Positions 51,144 to 59,860 of a DNA stretch of 64,000 nt are shown in pieces. How positions within the stretch are numbered: the stretch's first letter is position 1; every line of letters begins with the position of its first letter. A model generated the notes under the pieces. The model made no database searches and was not told the DNA's origin. It saw only the letters and a list, made by a program, of their open reading frames with translations. The position numbers were made by a program, and so were the translations under genes. The stretch comes from a virus (taxonomy: Duplodnaviria > Caudoviricetes). Location of the stretch: IMG/VR virus record IMGVR_UViG_3300020048_003360, positions 32,001 through 96,000 of that record; one strand, 5' to 3'.

Positions 51144-51551
51144 TTATCCATTAACAAGTTTAGATACAGCCGTAACTTTTGCATTAGTGATTCTAAGTAA
51201 ATTACCTATTGAATGTGTTACGCCACCTTCAGTAACTAAACAGTGTATCGTTACTTCAACACTACTATTATTATCATCGTATCTATCGTCATTACTTGTC
51301 GTCACAATAGCTAAATCGTAATATCTACTTAGATATGTCTCTAATGTATTTTGTAAATCCTCAGTAAAAGAATTAATGTTTCCATTATGTTTCTGAAGTA
51401 AATACTGCATACTGCTAACTTCGCCATTATATAAATAAGATTGACTATGCATTGTTTCGTAAAAATAAGATAACAATGAATCTGCCTTACTAGATGGATC
51501 TGTAATCCAACCCTGTGGACTTAATGATGGTACTGGTATATTAACGGTCAT
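51144..51551 (-). CDS. Conserved phiKZ-like hypothetical protein
   Basis: 135 aa; AAGGAG RBS. Confidence 0.65.
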   Translation of the reverse strand: MTVNIPVPSLSPQGWITDPSSKADSLLSYFYETMHSQSYLYNGEVSSMQYLLQKHNGNINSFTEDLQNTLETYLSRYYDLAIVTTSNDDRYDDNNSSVEVTIHCLVTEGGVTHSIGNLLRITNAKVTAVSKLVNG

Positions 51552-51697
51552 TATATATCTCCTTAGCTACATATGTATTCAGTGTTAAATAAATTTTTAT
51601 AATAAGATAACTACATACTAGTAATATATATTTATAACAGTTTAAAATAAAAAAAATAATGACGAATTCCCTATTAAAGGATTCGTCATTAATTAGT

Positions 51698-52330
51698 TCA
51701 TAAACTATCACCCCAAATACTGGTTGGGTCTTCGCCACCATACTTTATTAAATTGGCAACTACTTCCCAAGTTTTCAATATACTAGTTTGCTCATCATGA
51801 GATAATTCCCTATCACCCTCATGTAGAGTATCCAAGTAAATGCTAACTTTATCATTACCTTCTTCATCGGCAACAAAAATACCATTCATAACTCTACGGT
51901 AATCATAGTGGTTCTCACCTACCCCACCAGGTTCCATATCCACATACGTATCACTATAGCCATCACATCTTTGTTGATGATAAATTTCTCGAACATCAGG
52001 TTGTGCCATAATAAAACGCTGCATTATTGGCTGTGCATTCTGTAACTTATCTAGCTCAGAAATAAAGTGAATATCAGTTCTACTGAATAGATTATTCATT
52101 TTATTTAATGCAGCTCTAGCAAGTTGCATAGCCTGAGAACCCGTAAAGCTATTCAGCATTTCTCTAGAGTTTGCAAAGAATTGCTGTCCAGCTTCAGTTA
52201 GAGTATTGCTAAGATTAGCTACACTACTAACACTGTTTTCGAGATAATTTATGGTACCAGGATGTCGTTCAGCCCCATACACAAGAGCTCTAAATGCCAT
52301 ATCATCACCATAACCTACCTGTATAGCCAT
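51698..52330 (-). CDS. Conserved phiKZ-like hypothetical protein
   Basis: 210 aa; GAGGA RBS supplied by the shared cassette module. Confidence 0.7.
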   Translation of the reverse strand: MAIQVGYGDDMAFRALVYGAERHPGTINYLENSVSSVANLSNTLTEAGQQFFANSREMLNSFTGSQAMQLARAALNKMNNLFSRTDIHFISELDKLQNAQPIMQRFIMAQPDVREIYHQQRCDGYSDTYVDMEPGGVGENHYDYRRVMNGIFVADEEGNDKVSIYLDTLHEGDRELSHDEQTSILKTWEVVANLIKYGGEDPTSIWGDSL

Positions 52331-52430
52331 TATTTTTCCTCAAATATTAAATTACAGACCCTCCAAGGGGTCTTAAAGGGTCTGTAATCTCGACTACTCA
52401 CACTTCTATTAACGAAACGCTAATAACGCA

Positions 52431-53138
52431 TTATGGTGCTTCTAAGCCATCATTTGCTTTTTTATTAGCAAAATATGTTTTCCTAGATAAAGACATTTTA
52501 GCTCTAGCTTCGGCAGAAATTGTTTTACCACGGTGTATTGAAGATAGTTTAGCCCTACCTTCGGCAGACATTGTTTTACCATTAGCTACTAAGGCAGTCT
52601 GTATTAAAGACATTTTAGCTTTTGATTTATCAGTGTGTTTTCTACCGGTAGATTTTAAAGACATCTTAACACGTGCTTCGTCGGTGTGTTTTCGACCGGT
52701 GTGCAGCTTACTCATCCGCTCCTTAGACTCAGGTGTATTTACAAAGATCTTTATATTGGCCTTTGTAACGTCATCAAGTTTAACTCCTTTAGCTGATTTA
52801 GCACTAGGTGATTTATTATAAATAAAAGACTCACCGAAATACTTATCTAGTAAGTCCTGCTTAATACTAAACGCCTCTTCTCTAGTATTGGTAGGTTTAC
52901 AATAGCAAATTATCCGTGGATCATCATTATAGTGATGCTGTAGTAATCGACATTTATGTATATTAGTCCTAAGAAAGAAACCATTAGTCGTAATTCTTTT
53001 TCTTAGAATATTACCAATGCCAATATAATAACCGCCACTACCCAGATGTTTAACCAAATAACAACCATAACCACTTAAGTCGTCATCACTAACCTCGTTA
53101 AATAAAGTGAATCCAGTAGTTACCTCATTATCAATCAT
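52431..53138 (-). mobile_element. Free-standing GIY-YIG endonuclease #3, NUMOD3 repeats, probably inactive
   Basis: GCY-x10-YIG; paralog of #2 (MIDNEVTTGF vs MIDNDIITGF); catalytic Glu position is Lys. Confidence 0.8.
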
Positions 53139-53162
53139 ATCACCATCCTTTTAAAGTAGTTC

Positions 53163-53197
53163 CACATAGGTAATATATTGCTATAATTATTTAGAAT
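53163..53197 (-). promoter_or_regulatory. Early promoter for GIY-YIG #3
   Basis: 35-bp motif copy. Confidence 0.8.
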
Positions 53198-53242
53198 AGA
53201 GGATACAGACTCTATAACTGAGTCTATATCCTATCCACTCTC

Positions 53243-53464
53243 TTAATCACAATAAAGTTGTTCCATCTTACTCAATTTTACGGGATCTATATATTCTACC
53301 GAGTGTATCCATTGACTTAAGGTTCCTACCACAGTTTTGGGAATAGAAAGATTTGTACTTACCTCCCTAGGTGAGTTTAAATCAAACACACTCTTATGTG
53401 GTGCTAGTGGACTTAATCTTTCAGCAACTTCATTATCTAGACTAAGTGTACAATTCAGTTGATC
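53243..53464 (-). CDS. rpoC: nvRNAP beta'-N exon 2
   Basis: Begins GAT CAA CTG (DQL), completing NADFDG-D. Confidence 0.85.
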   Translation of the reverse strand, partial: DQLNCTLSLDNEVAERLSPLAPHKSVFDLNSPREVSTNLSIPKTVVGTLSQWIHSVEYIDPVKLSKMEQLYCD

Positions 53465-54824
53465 CGTTTCATTGTTCACATTTCTGTGTTTTTATCGCTT
53501 CTAAATTTTAAGAGCTTTTATAATGGCTGGACCCTCTATAAAAGCTTTGAGTTTTAATACATTTTCTTTTGAAAAATAAACTACAACAAATGAATCTATT
53601 CTACGCAATATCCCCGCCGCAAGTGATGTTGTCACAGCTTTTTTACTTAAACTATGTTGAATTATAAACTCTTTTGCACTAGAATGTATGTAATATAATT
53701 CATCATTAAAATTATAAGCAATTACCTCTTTAGCTCCATGTTGTTTTGCATTAATTAAATCTTCCTCATTAATTTCTGGAAAATCATCATTTACATAAGC
53801 TACTTGATATTTTTTTCTAAATAACTTAACTTTTCCATTTTGAGAAATGCTTTGATATAAATGACTTGGTGATGTATTATATTCTTTTCCAGCTACATGA
53901 AAGGATTCAAATATTTTTATATCGCCAGTATCAACATCTAAAGTTTTTATGGCTCTTTTATCTTTATATGGAGAAGTTTGTTTCTTAAGACTGTTAGGAA
54001 TGCATCCATCAAATGGTTTATGTATTAACGTTACTCCATTTAATAATTTAGAATCTTTAATAGAATCCCAAACATCTAAAACAGATACATTCAAATATCC
54101 AGCCACTTCATGTGCATTCTTATATAGTGCGAATGCAACATCATCTTTATATCCTATAATTGTTGGATATAAATTATCCATTCTCATTATTTCAGAATGA
54201 ATATTATTCTGACTTGGAGTTACCCACTCTAAGTTTTCTTTAGCGTTATTTTCTACATCTGAATCTCTGTGATTTACTTCTGTTGTTTCTTCTTTCTTTT
54301 CATGTAAAAGATGACTCAACGCAACTAATCTCTGAACGCCGAAAGTAACCCAACACCCATTGATTGTTTTAACACTTGCAGTTACATAACCATCGCCGTT
54401 CTTATACGTATTACGTTTTGTTAAGTCTGGATTATAAATATTTCCAAAATCATCAGCTAAAAAACCTAATGTTCCAGGTATTTCTTTTAATTCCATTTAT
54501 TCTCCTTAAAGTTAATAGAAGCTATTGGGGCGTTATTCCCAATCATTATTGTTGTCCAGACAATAATATCCGATACTTTCATACCGGGCGAGACTATATC
54601 TTCTACCTATTTCTAGATAGCTTTCCGTTTCGGCTCCACTTGGTAGCCTACGAGCTCACGCTCTAGTCGTTGAACTTTATCCATTTTACAGGATCTTAGC
54701 TGCTGATTGTCCAATTCTCATCATTTTCAAACATTCACGCTTGCTATTTCTAGCTACGTTGTAGTTGATGAGACTCTAAGGATATTCCAGCAATTAGAAA
54801 AGTTTATAGACAGCAATTTAACTT
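53465..54824 (-). ncRNA. Group I intron (1360 nt) interrupting the NADFDGD motif
   Basis: 5' exon ends GACGGU and pairs with intron GCUGUC (U-G wobble); P AAUUGCUGGAA, Q AAUCAGCAG, R GUUCAACGACUA, S AAGAUAUAGUC; terminal G at 53465. Confidence 0.92.
53501..54496 (-). CDS. Intron-encoded HNH homing endonuclease
   Basis: EVNHRDSDVENNAKENLEWVTPSQNNIH; AAGGAG RBS; lies 3' of the intron core. Confidence 0.9.
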   Translation of the reverse strand: MELKEIPGTLGFLADDFGNIYNPDLTKRNTYKNGDGYVTASVKTINGCWVTFGVQRLVALSHLLHEKKEETTEVNHRDSDVENNAKENLEWVTPSQNNIHSEIMRMDNLYPTIIGYKDDVAFALYKNAHEVAGYLNVSVLDVWDSIKDSKLLNGVTLIHKPFDGCIPNSLKKQTSPYKDKRAIKTLDVDTGDIKIFESFHVAGKEYNTSPSHLYQSISQNGKVKLFRKKYQVAYVNDDFPEINEEDLINAKQHGAKEVIAYNFNDELYYIHSSAKEFIIQHSLSKKAVTTSLAAGILRRIDSFVVVYFSKENVLKLKAFIEGPAIIKALKI

Positions 54825-56066
54825 ACCGTCGAAATCAGCATTAAAGCCCTTAACAATCAAAATCGATAAGGATATTGTAGGTATCAATGGATCTGTCTTT
54901 ACTTTAGTAATAAAAACAGCCTGAGCACTAGCCCTTTCTAGGCTTGGATTTCGCTGAAGAATGCAGCTTATTCCCTTATTGGGACTTTCAGCAATCAATG
55001 TTTGGAATAGTTCATCCAACAAAGAACTATACTTCTGAGCATGTTCGTTTAATAAAGCAATTGCTGAGTTTGGATTAAATCCCCTCCTTAACAACTTATT
55101 CACTAAGTGTATACGAAACACACTGATTCCAATCCCCCATGGAATATGAATCTCGTCATATTGGTGTGGTTCAGTTAGCGACGATATCACTCCCCTAAAA
55201 CTAAAGTGACTTCTAGTTCCAAAGATATGTTTTCTAAATATACCTTCCTTTTTAGCTAGAGTCGTTCTAACTAAGTCGTCGTAAAAGATTGCTAACTGGC
55301 TTATTGTTTTTACAGTTCTATTTTCCTTCATCCGAACATTGTGTGTAGACAATACTGAATCTATACCCACCATAGTTCTAATAGCGTCTACAGCACCGGT
55401 AATGATGGGATCTACATATGTACCTACATTGGTTTCCTCTATAACCAATAGCGACCTATTTGGTAGTGGTAGATATTGTGAAAATACACACTGTCGTTGT
55501 TCCTTCAGTAATAATTCTAAAGGTTCTGGCACACCACGTCTAGCTCTAAATCCCTTAATATCAAATAGCTTTGACATTATATCATCAAAGTTTTCTACAA
55601 AAGTATTCCAACCTCTAGGAATACCTAAATCCATTACTGCGTCCATAATTAAAGGTGTTTTTACTTGTGGTTTATAGATAGTGTCGGTTAGCCATCTAAT
55701 AATACTAAAACCACTACAAGTAAAATGTTCATTTAACATCGTCCACACTACTGGATTCATTAGTCCGCTAACTCCATCTGGAGCACGAATCCAAAGTATG
55801 GGGTCTAAATCACTGTCGATGGTAGATTTAACTATAGTGCGACAATTCCCACACATAACACCAACATTGTACTCCCCTACTAACTCACCACACTCACATA
55901 CCGGCACATTACTTAATAGATCGCCACTATATGTGGTATAAATTAAATTATTTATTACTTCCTTATCTCCTTCACTAGATTCTTGGAAATCATTAATGAT
56001 GATTGGTGTTTTTGTTGCTGTATTAAATAATTCTGTAAAGTTTACTAACTTCAGTGAAACACCCAT
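54825..56066 (-). CDS. rpoC: nvRNAP beta' N-terminal subunit exon 1 (phiKZ gp55-like); spliced product 487 aa
   Basis: CECG...CGNC Zn finger, RSHFSFRGVI, QRNPSL, FNADFDG. Confidence 0.92.
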
Positions 56067-56150
56067 TATTTAACTCCTAAATAAAAAAAGGTGTAAAAAG
56101 AGAGAGGAGACTGATAGTCTCCTCTCTCTAATTATACTTCACTAATTACA

Positions 56151-58022
56151 TTACCACCGGCCAACAAAACGGCTGTTACCGTAATTTTGATTTGGGTTAC
56201 CACCAAATCCACCACGATTAAACATACCACTAAGATCACCAGACATAACTGCTTGTCCGATATAGTTGCTAGTAGCCCGATCGTAGCTGGCCATATCTGC
56301 GTACGAGTCAACAGGACGTACTGTTAGCCCAGCAGCCAAGCAACCACGTACCAATGCATCCGTAAAGGCCGTTGTGAAGGTTACGCGTGTGGCATACCCA
56401 GTGAACTGCACATTGCTAAACAGCGCGCTGATGATGCGTTTCCGACCAGCCAACCGAAGTTCGATTGGGTAGTTAGCCTTCAAGAATGTATCTGACCAAT
56501 CCCGAATAGCTGCCGGATCTTTTTCACCAACCATGTTCATAATGGCCAGATAGTCAATTTCACGGATGTCCTTACGAACACCACTTGAATCAACATAACT
56601 ACCCAAGTGAATACGATTGGCTTCATCACTAGCGATCTCACTACCTACTGGGAAGTAGTTAGCAAATGCACCATTCGTTAATGCATTAGCGGCATCCACA
56701 ATAGCTTGTTTTGCTGCGGCATTTCCACTAGCTGCAGCGCCGAACACACCGTTATACCAAGTATCAGGACCACATTCCGGCACATCCAAAGATAGAGCCA
56801 TACCCTGACGAACAGTACTACCGATCAATTTGTGATAGTGCTCGGGTTTGAATGAATCTGACTTAGTATCAATACGACTACCGATACCATTTGGATTACC
56901 TTCAAAATTCACTTCAATTCCTACTGCGCCAATGTCGTGCAGATCGATATCATTACTGAAGCCTTGGCGTGCAAATGCCTGTGCCCATTTATCACCTTCA
57001 CGTAAAGAGAGTGCCATATTAAGCGCAAGTAACTGAGCACCAATAGTCAACAACTGTGTTGATTCCAGTGCGGTTACCACGAACCGCGCCACATATTGAC
57101 GATAGTCACGCTGCACCTGTGGAGGTTGCATATACGGAGCGTATGCTTGCATTTCTTGTGGTGCCCATACCAAGTCCACAAAGCCTGAAATACGAGCGAT
57201 ATGACTCACACGCTCTACTGCCTGCTGTGAATTCTGTTGGGCATTCAGAGGAGCTGCAGAAAATACAATTTCCACGTCACTACGGATAGGATTACCAACC
57301 GCATTACTGGTTTCGGGATTACCGAAGGTAGTACGAATAGTAAGATTACTATCGCGTTCTGCATTGGCCAGATTCAGATCCACAAAACCAGGCTGATGAA
57401 TTTCCAGCTCAGAACTGGTAGCGAACATTGCGTTTGCAGCCAGGCGATAAACTGCTTGGGTATCTGTTACGTTGAAATCCCGTGGAATAACACATGCATC
57501 TACGTACAGTTGCCGAGATTGTGGGAAATGACGACTTACGTAAGTCGATACAACTTGACGTAGGACTGGATCATTCGCTTCGCCAAGAGTGCGAATGATT
57601 TCCACATTGGTACCGTTGATCATTTCAAAACGCGGCTGTGGCTGGTCAACACTGCCTTCAATAATTAACGTGTGGTACGCAACACCAACGTCAGGCATGT
57701 CGCGTAAACGTACTGCTAAGACAAGTACTGAAACAGAAAGTTCAGTAGTTGAATTAAGGTCAATCGGAATCAACGTGAACTCAAATGTCTTTGAATCCGC
57801 TGCTTCGGTATATACCTCAACCAAAGCTTTATTCAATTTACTTAATACTTCTGACGCGGGCGTGCGTCCCATTGCGGTATGAGTCAAACCACCCATATTG
57901 CGGAAACTGAAACCACCGCGTGCAGGTGCTTGTTGTTGTTGGGGTTGATTTGGTGCTTGTTGCTGTGCATTACTAAAAGCAGCAGCCATTGAATTACCGT
58001 CAGTACCTGTTTTTAGTGCCAT
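56151..58022 (-). CDS. chmA: Chimallin, phage nuclear shell protein (phiKZ gp54-like)
   Basis: 623 aa, immediately upstream of beta'-N; own early promoter; raised GC; flexible N- and C-terminal segments ending RW. Confidence 0.85.
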   Translation of the reverse strand: MALKTGTDGNSMAAAFSNAQQQAPNQPQQQQAPARGGFSFRNMGGLTHTAMGRTPASEVLSKLNKALVEVYTEAADSKTFEFTLIPIDLNSTTELSVSVLVLAVRLRDMPDVGVAYHTLIIEGSVDQPQPRFEMINGTNVEIIRTLGEANDPVLRQVVSTYVSRHFPQSRQLYVDACVIPRDFNVTDTQAVYRLAANAMFATSSELEIHQPGFVDLNLANAERDSNLTIRTTFGNPETSNAVGNPIRSDVEIVFSAAPLNAQQNSQQAVERVSHIARISGFVDLVWAPQEMQAYAPYMQPPQVQRDYRQYVARFVVTALESTQLLTIGAQLLALNMALSLREGDKWAQAFARQGFSNDIDLHDIGAVGIEVNFEGNPNGIGSRIDTKSDSFKPEHYHKLIGSTVRQGMALSLDVPECGPDTWYNGVFGAAASGNAAAKQAIVDAANALTNGAFANYFPVGSEIASDEANRIHLGSYVDSSGVRKDIREIDYLAIMNMVGEKDPAAIRDWSDTFLKANYPIELRLAGRKRIISALFSNVQFTGYATRVTFTTAFTDALVRGCLAAGLTVRPVDSYADMASYDRATSNYIGQAVMSGDLSGMFNRGGFGGNPNQNYGNSRFVGRW

Positions 58023-58087
58023 GATCTCGTTTTCCTTAAATATACATCATTAAAAAAGCGCTTTTTTATAGAATCAATAATTGATTC

Positions 58088-58122
58088 CATATAGGTAATA
58101 TATTGCCATAATTATTTTGAAT
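58088..58122 (-). promoter_or_regulatory. Early promoter for chimallin
   Basis: Consensus copy ATTCAAAATAATTATGGCAATATATTACCTATATG. Confidence 0.85.
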
Positions 58123-58250
58123 CAAAAAATATGACAATATAATTCTATTAAAAATTATAGGTTCCACCTCTATCAGCCATAACTGATCGAGCTAGTGTAG
58201 GGAAGTTTACCTTCTCTATATAATAGAGTGAGTGTAATTAAAAAATACTT

Positions 58251-58652
58251 TTAACCTGAAATTGTTGTAGATAGTGCTGCTTGCCATAGTTCCCATTTAT
58301 TCTGAATTGTGGTATTGTTGTAAACATTTTCATTATCATCGTATTCTAACTTACTTACTCCCTTTTTATGTGATTTTAAAAATGCTTCAAATCGTAATCT
58401 ATTTCTCGTAAGAATACTAACATGTTCCCAATTACCATTTACCCTAACTATTAGATCATGTTTTTTTAAATTAAAAGTAATATTGTTAATAATTAAATCC
58501 GCATCTCCAGTTACTTCATATAGAGCACCGTCAGCTACTATGTCTTTCTGTAATGGGAATTTAGGCGTATTTGTAATTGGGTTCCATTGAATAAAAAGTG
58601 GGATATAAGAATGAAAGTCCCATAGTTTATTTCTTAAGTCATCAGAAAGCAT
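58251..58652 (-). CDS. Hypothetical protein
   Basis: 133 aa; AGGA RBS. Confidence 0.55.
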   Translation of the reverse strand: MLSDDLRNKLWDFHSYIPLFIQWNPITNTPKFPLQKDIVADGALYEVTGDADLIINNITFNLKKHDLIVRVNGNWEHVSILTRNRLRFEAFLKSHKKGVSKLEYDDNENVYNNTTIQNKWELWQAALSTTISG

Positions 58653-58717
58653 TTTCTTAAGTTCCTAAAGTGTAAAGTATTATTTTATGTAGATAACTAA
58701 TTAAACGGAATTTAACC

Positions 58718-59806
58718 ATGCATTCAATATATAGTAACGCTTCGAGTATAGCGCATGGTGTATCAAAATTACCTAGTTGGATATATCTAAAAAATGGCTT
58801 AGAAAATAATTTAAAAATAGTTATTTCCTACTATCGTAAAAATCCAATGGCAGTTAAGTCTAATCACTTTCTTGTTAAACTATTACAGTCCATTACGGTA
58901 CCTCAGTCTCAAATTTTAGAAAGATATTATACCAACGTAGATGCGATGTCGTTAAATTTATCAATGGCATTAAAAATGACATCATCTATTTATAAAGGAT
59001 CCGTGTTTGATGGTATTTTTTTAGGACCTGGTAATGATGAGATAATCATTGCCCATAATGATAGTTTCAATCCATTTGATGCACATGATAACTGGATAAA
59101 CTTACGTCCAGTTGAGTTCCTATCACATCAGAGATCTGACTTAGGTTTAAATATACCAGATGGCATAAATACTGGTGTAGAAGAGGGCTTAACCGTAATA
59201 GCTATAAATATACCATTACTAGCTATTCAGTATAGGGCATTTAGAATAAATGAAAGAATTATAAACGCTAATGATAGTGCTGAGTCAGTAATGCAGTTTA
59301 TTCATCGATTTGTTTTACCTAATGCACTATATTCTTATTTAGATCATGCTATTTTTAATAGAATATCAGCATTACTTATAGGTAAGCCACTGGGTGAAAG
59401 CAAAAAAGCACATCCATTTCACTTAACTGATTTCTCTACTAAATTAACATATGTACAAAATGATATTTTAAACTTATTAATAAAAGAAAATAAAACATTT
59501 GACGGTATACTACAGAGTATACCTATGGTAAGCGTTAAAAATGCTGAAGAACTGATGATGTTACCAGATGTAGCCTTAACAAGACAAGTAATTTGGGGAT
59601 TAGTCTTATCTAGACTACCTGAACTACTATTCTTAGTTAGAATATCTAAAGAGAGTATTGGTAATAAAAATCAATCTGAAGTAAACCGTATATTAAGATA
59701 TTTTCAAAGATATAGATCTGATAATCTATTTAGATCAATGTTGCCGGTAAATCTTTATTTAGAGGTTGCCGATATCATGAGTGAAGTAGAACGATTAGCA
59801 AATTAA
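58718..59806 (+). CDS. Conserved virion protein (phiKZ gp52-like)
   Basis: 362 aa; opposite strand between the polymerase and chimallin, as in phiKZ. Confidence 0.65.
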   Translation: MHSIYSNASSIAHGVSKLPSWIYLKNGLENNLKIVISYYRKNPMAVKSNHFLVKLLQSITVPQSQILERYYTNVDAMSLNLSMALKMTSSIYKGSVFDGIFLGPGNDEIIIAHNDSFNPFDAHDNWINLRPVEFLSHQRSDLGLNIPDGINTGVEEGLTVIAINIPLLAIQYRAFRINERIINANDSAESVMQFIHRFVLPNALYSYLDHAIFNRISALLIGKPLGESKKAHPFHLTDFSTKLTYVQNDILNLLIKENKTFDGILQSIPMVSVKNAEELMMLPDVALTRQVIWGLVLSRLPELLFLVRISKESIGNKNQSEVNRILRYFQRYRSDNLFRSMLPVNLYLEVADIMSEVERLAN

Positions 59807-59808
59807 AT

Positions 59809-59846
59809 ATAATAGCTAGATAGGGTAACTTCTATCTAGCTATTAT
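59809..59846. terminator. Hairpin between convergent genes
   Basis: ATAATAGCTAGATAG...CTATCTAGCTATTAT followed by GACG. Confidence 0.75.
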
Positions 59847-59860
59847 GACGTTATGTTATA

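Noticed and set aside
48061-53242. Gene-end duplications around GIY-YIG #2 and #3 like the one at #1
   Set aside because: No copy of the sbcD or exon-2 3' ends was found downstream of either gene
54804-54824. KLNCCL as the true beta'-N C-terminus; MNNET start at 53479
   Set aside because: Both are intron sequence; splicing restores NADFDGD
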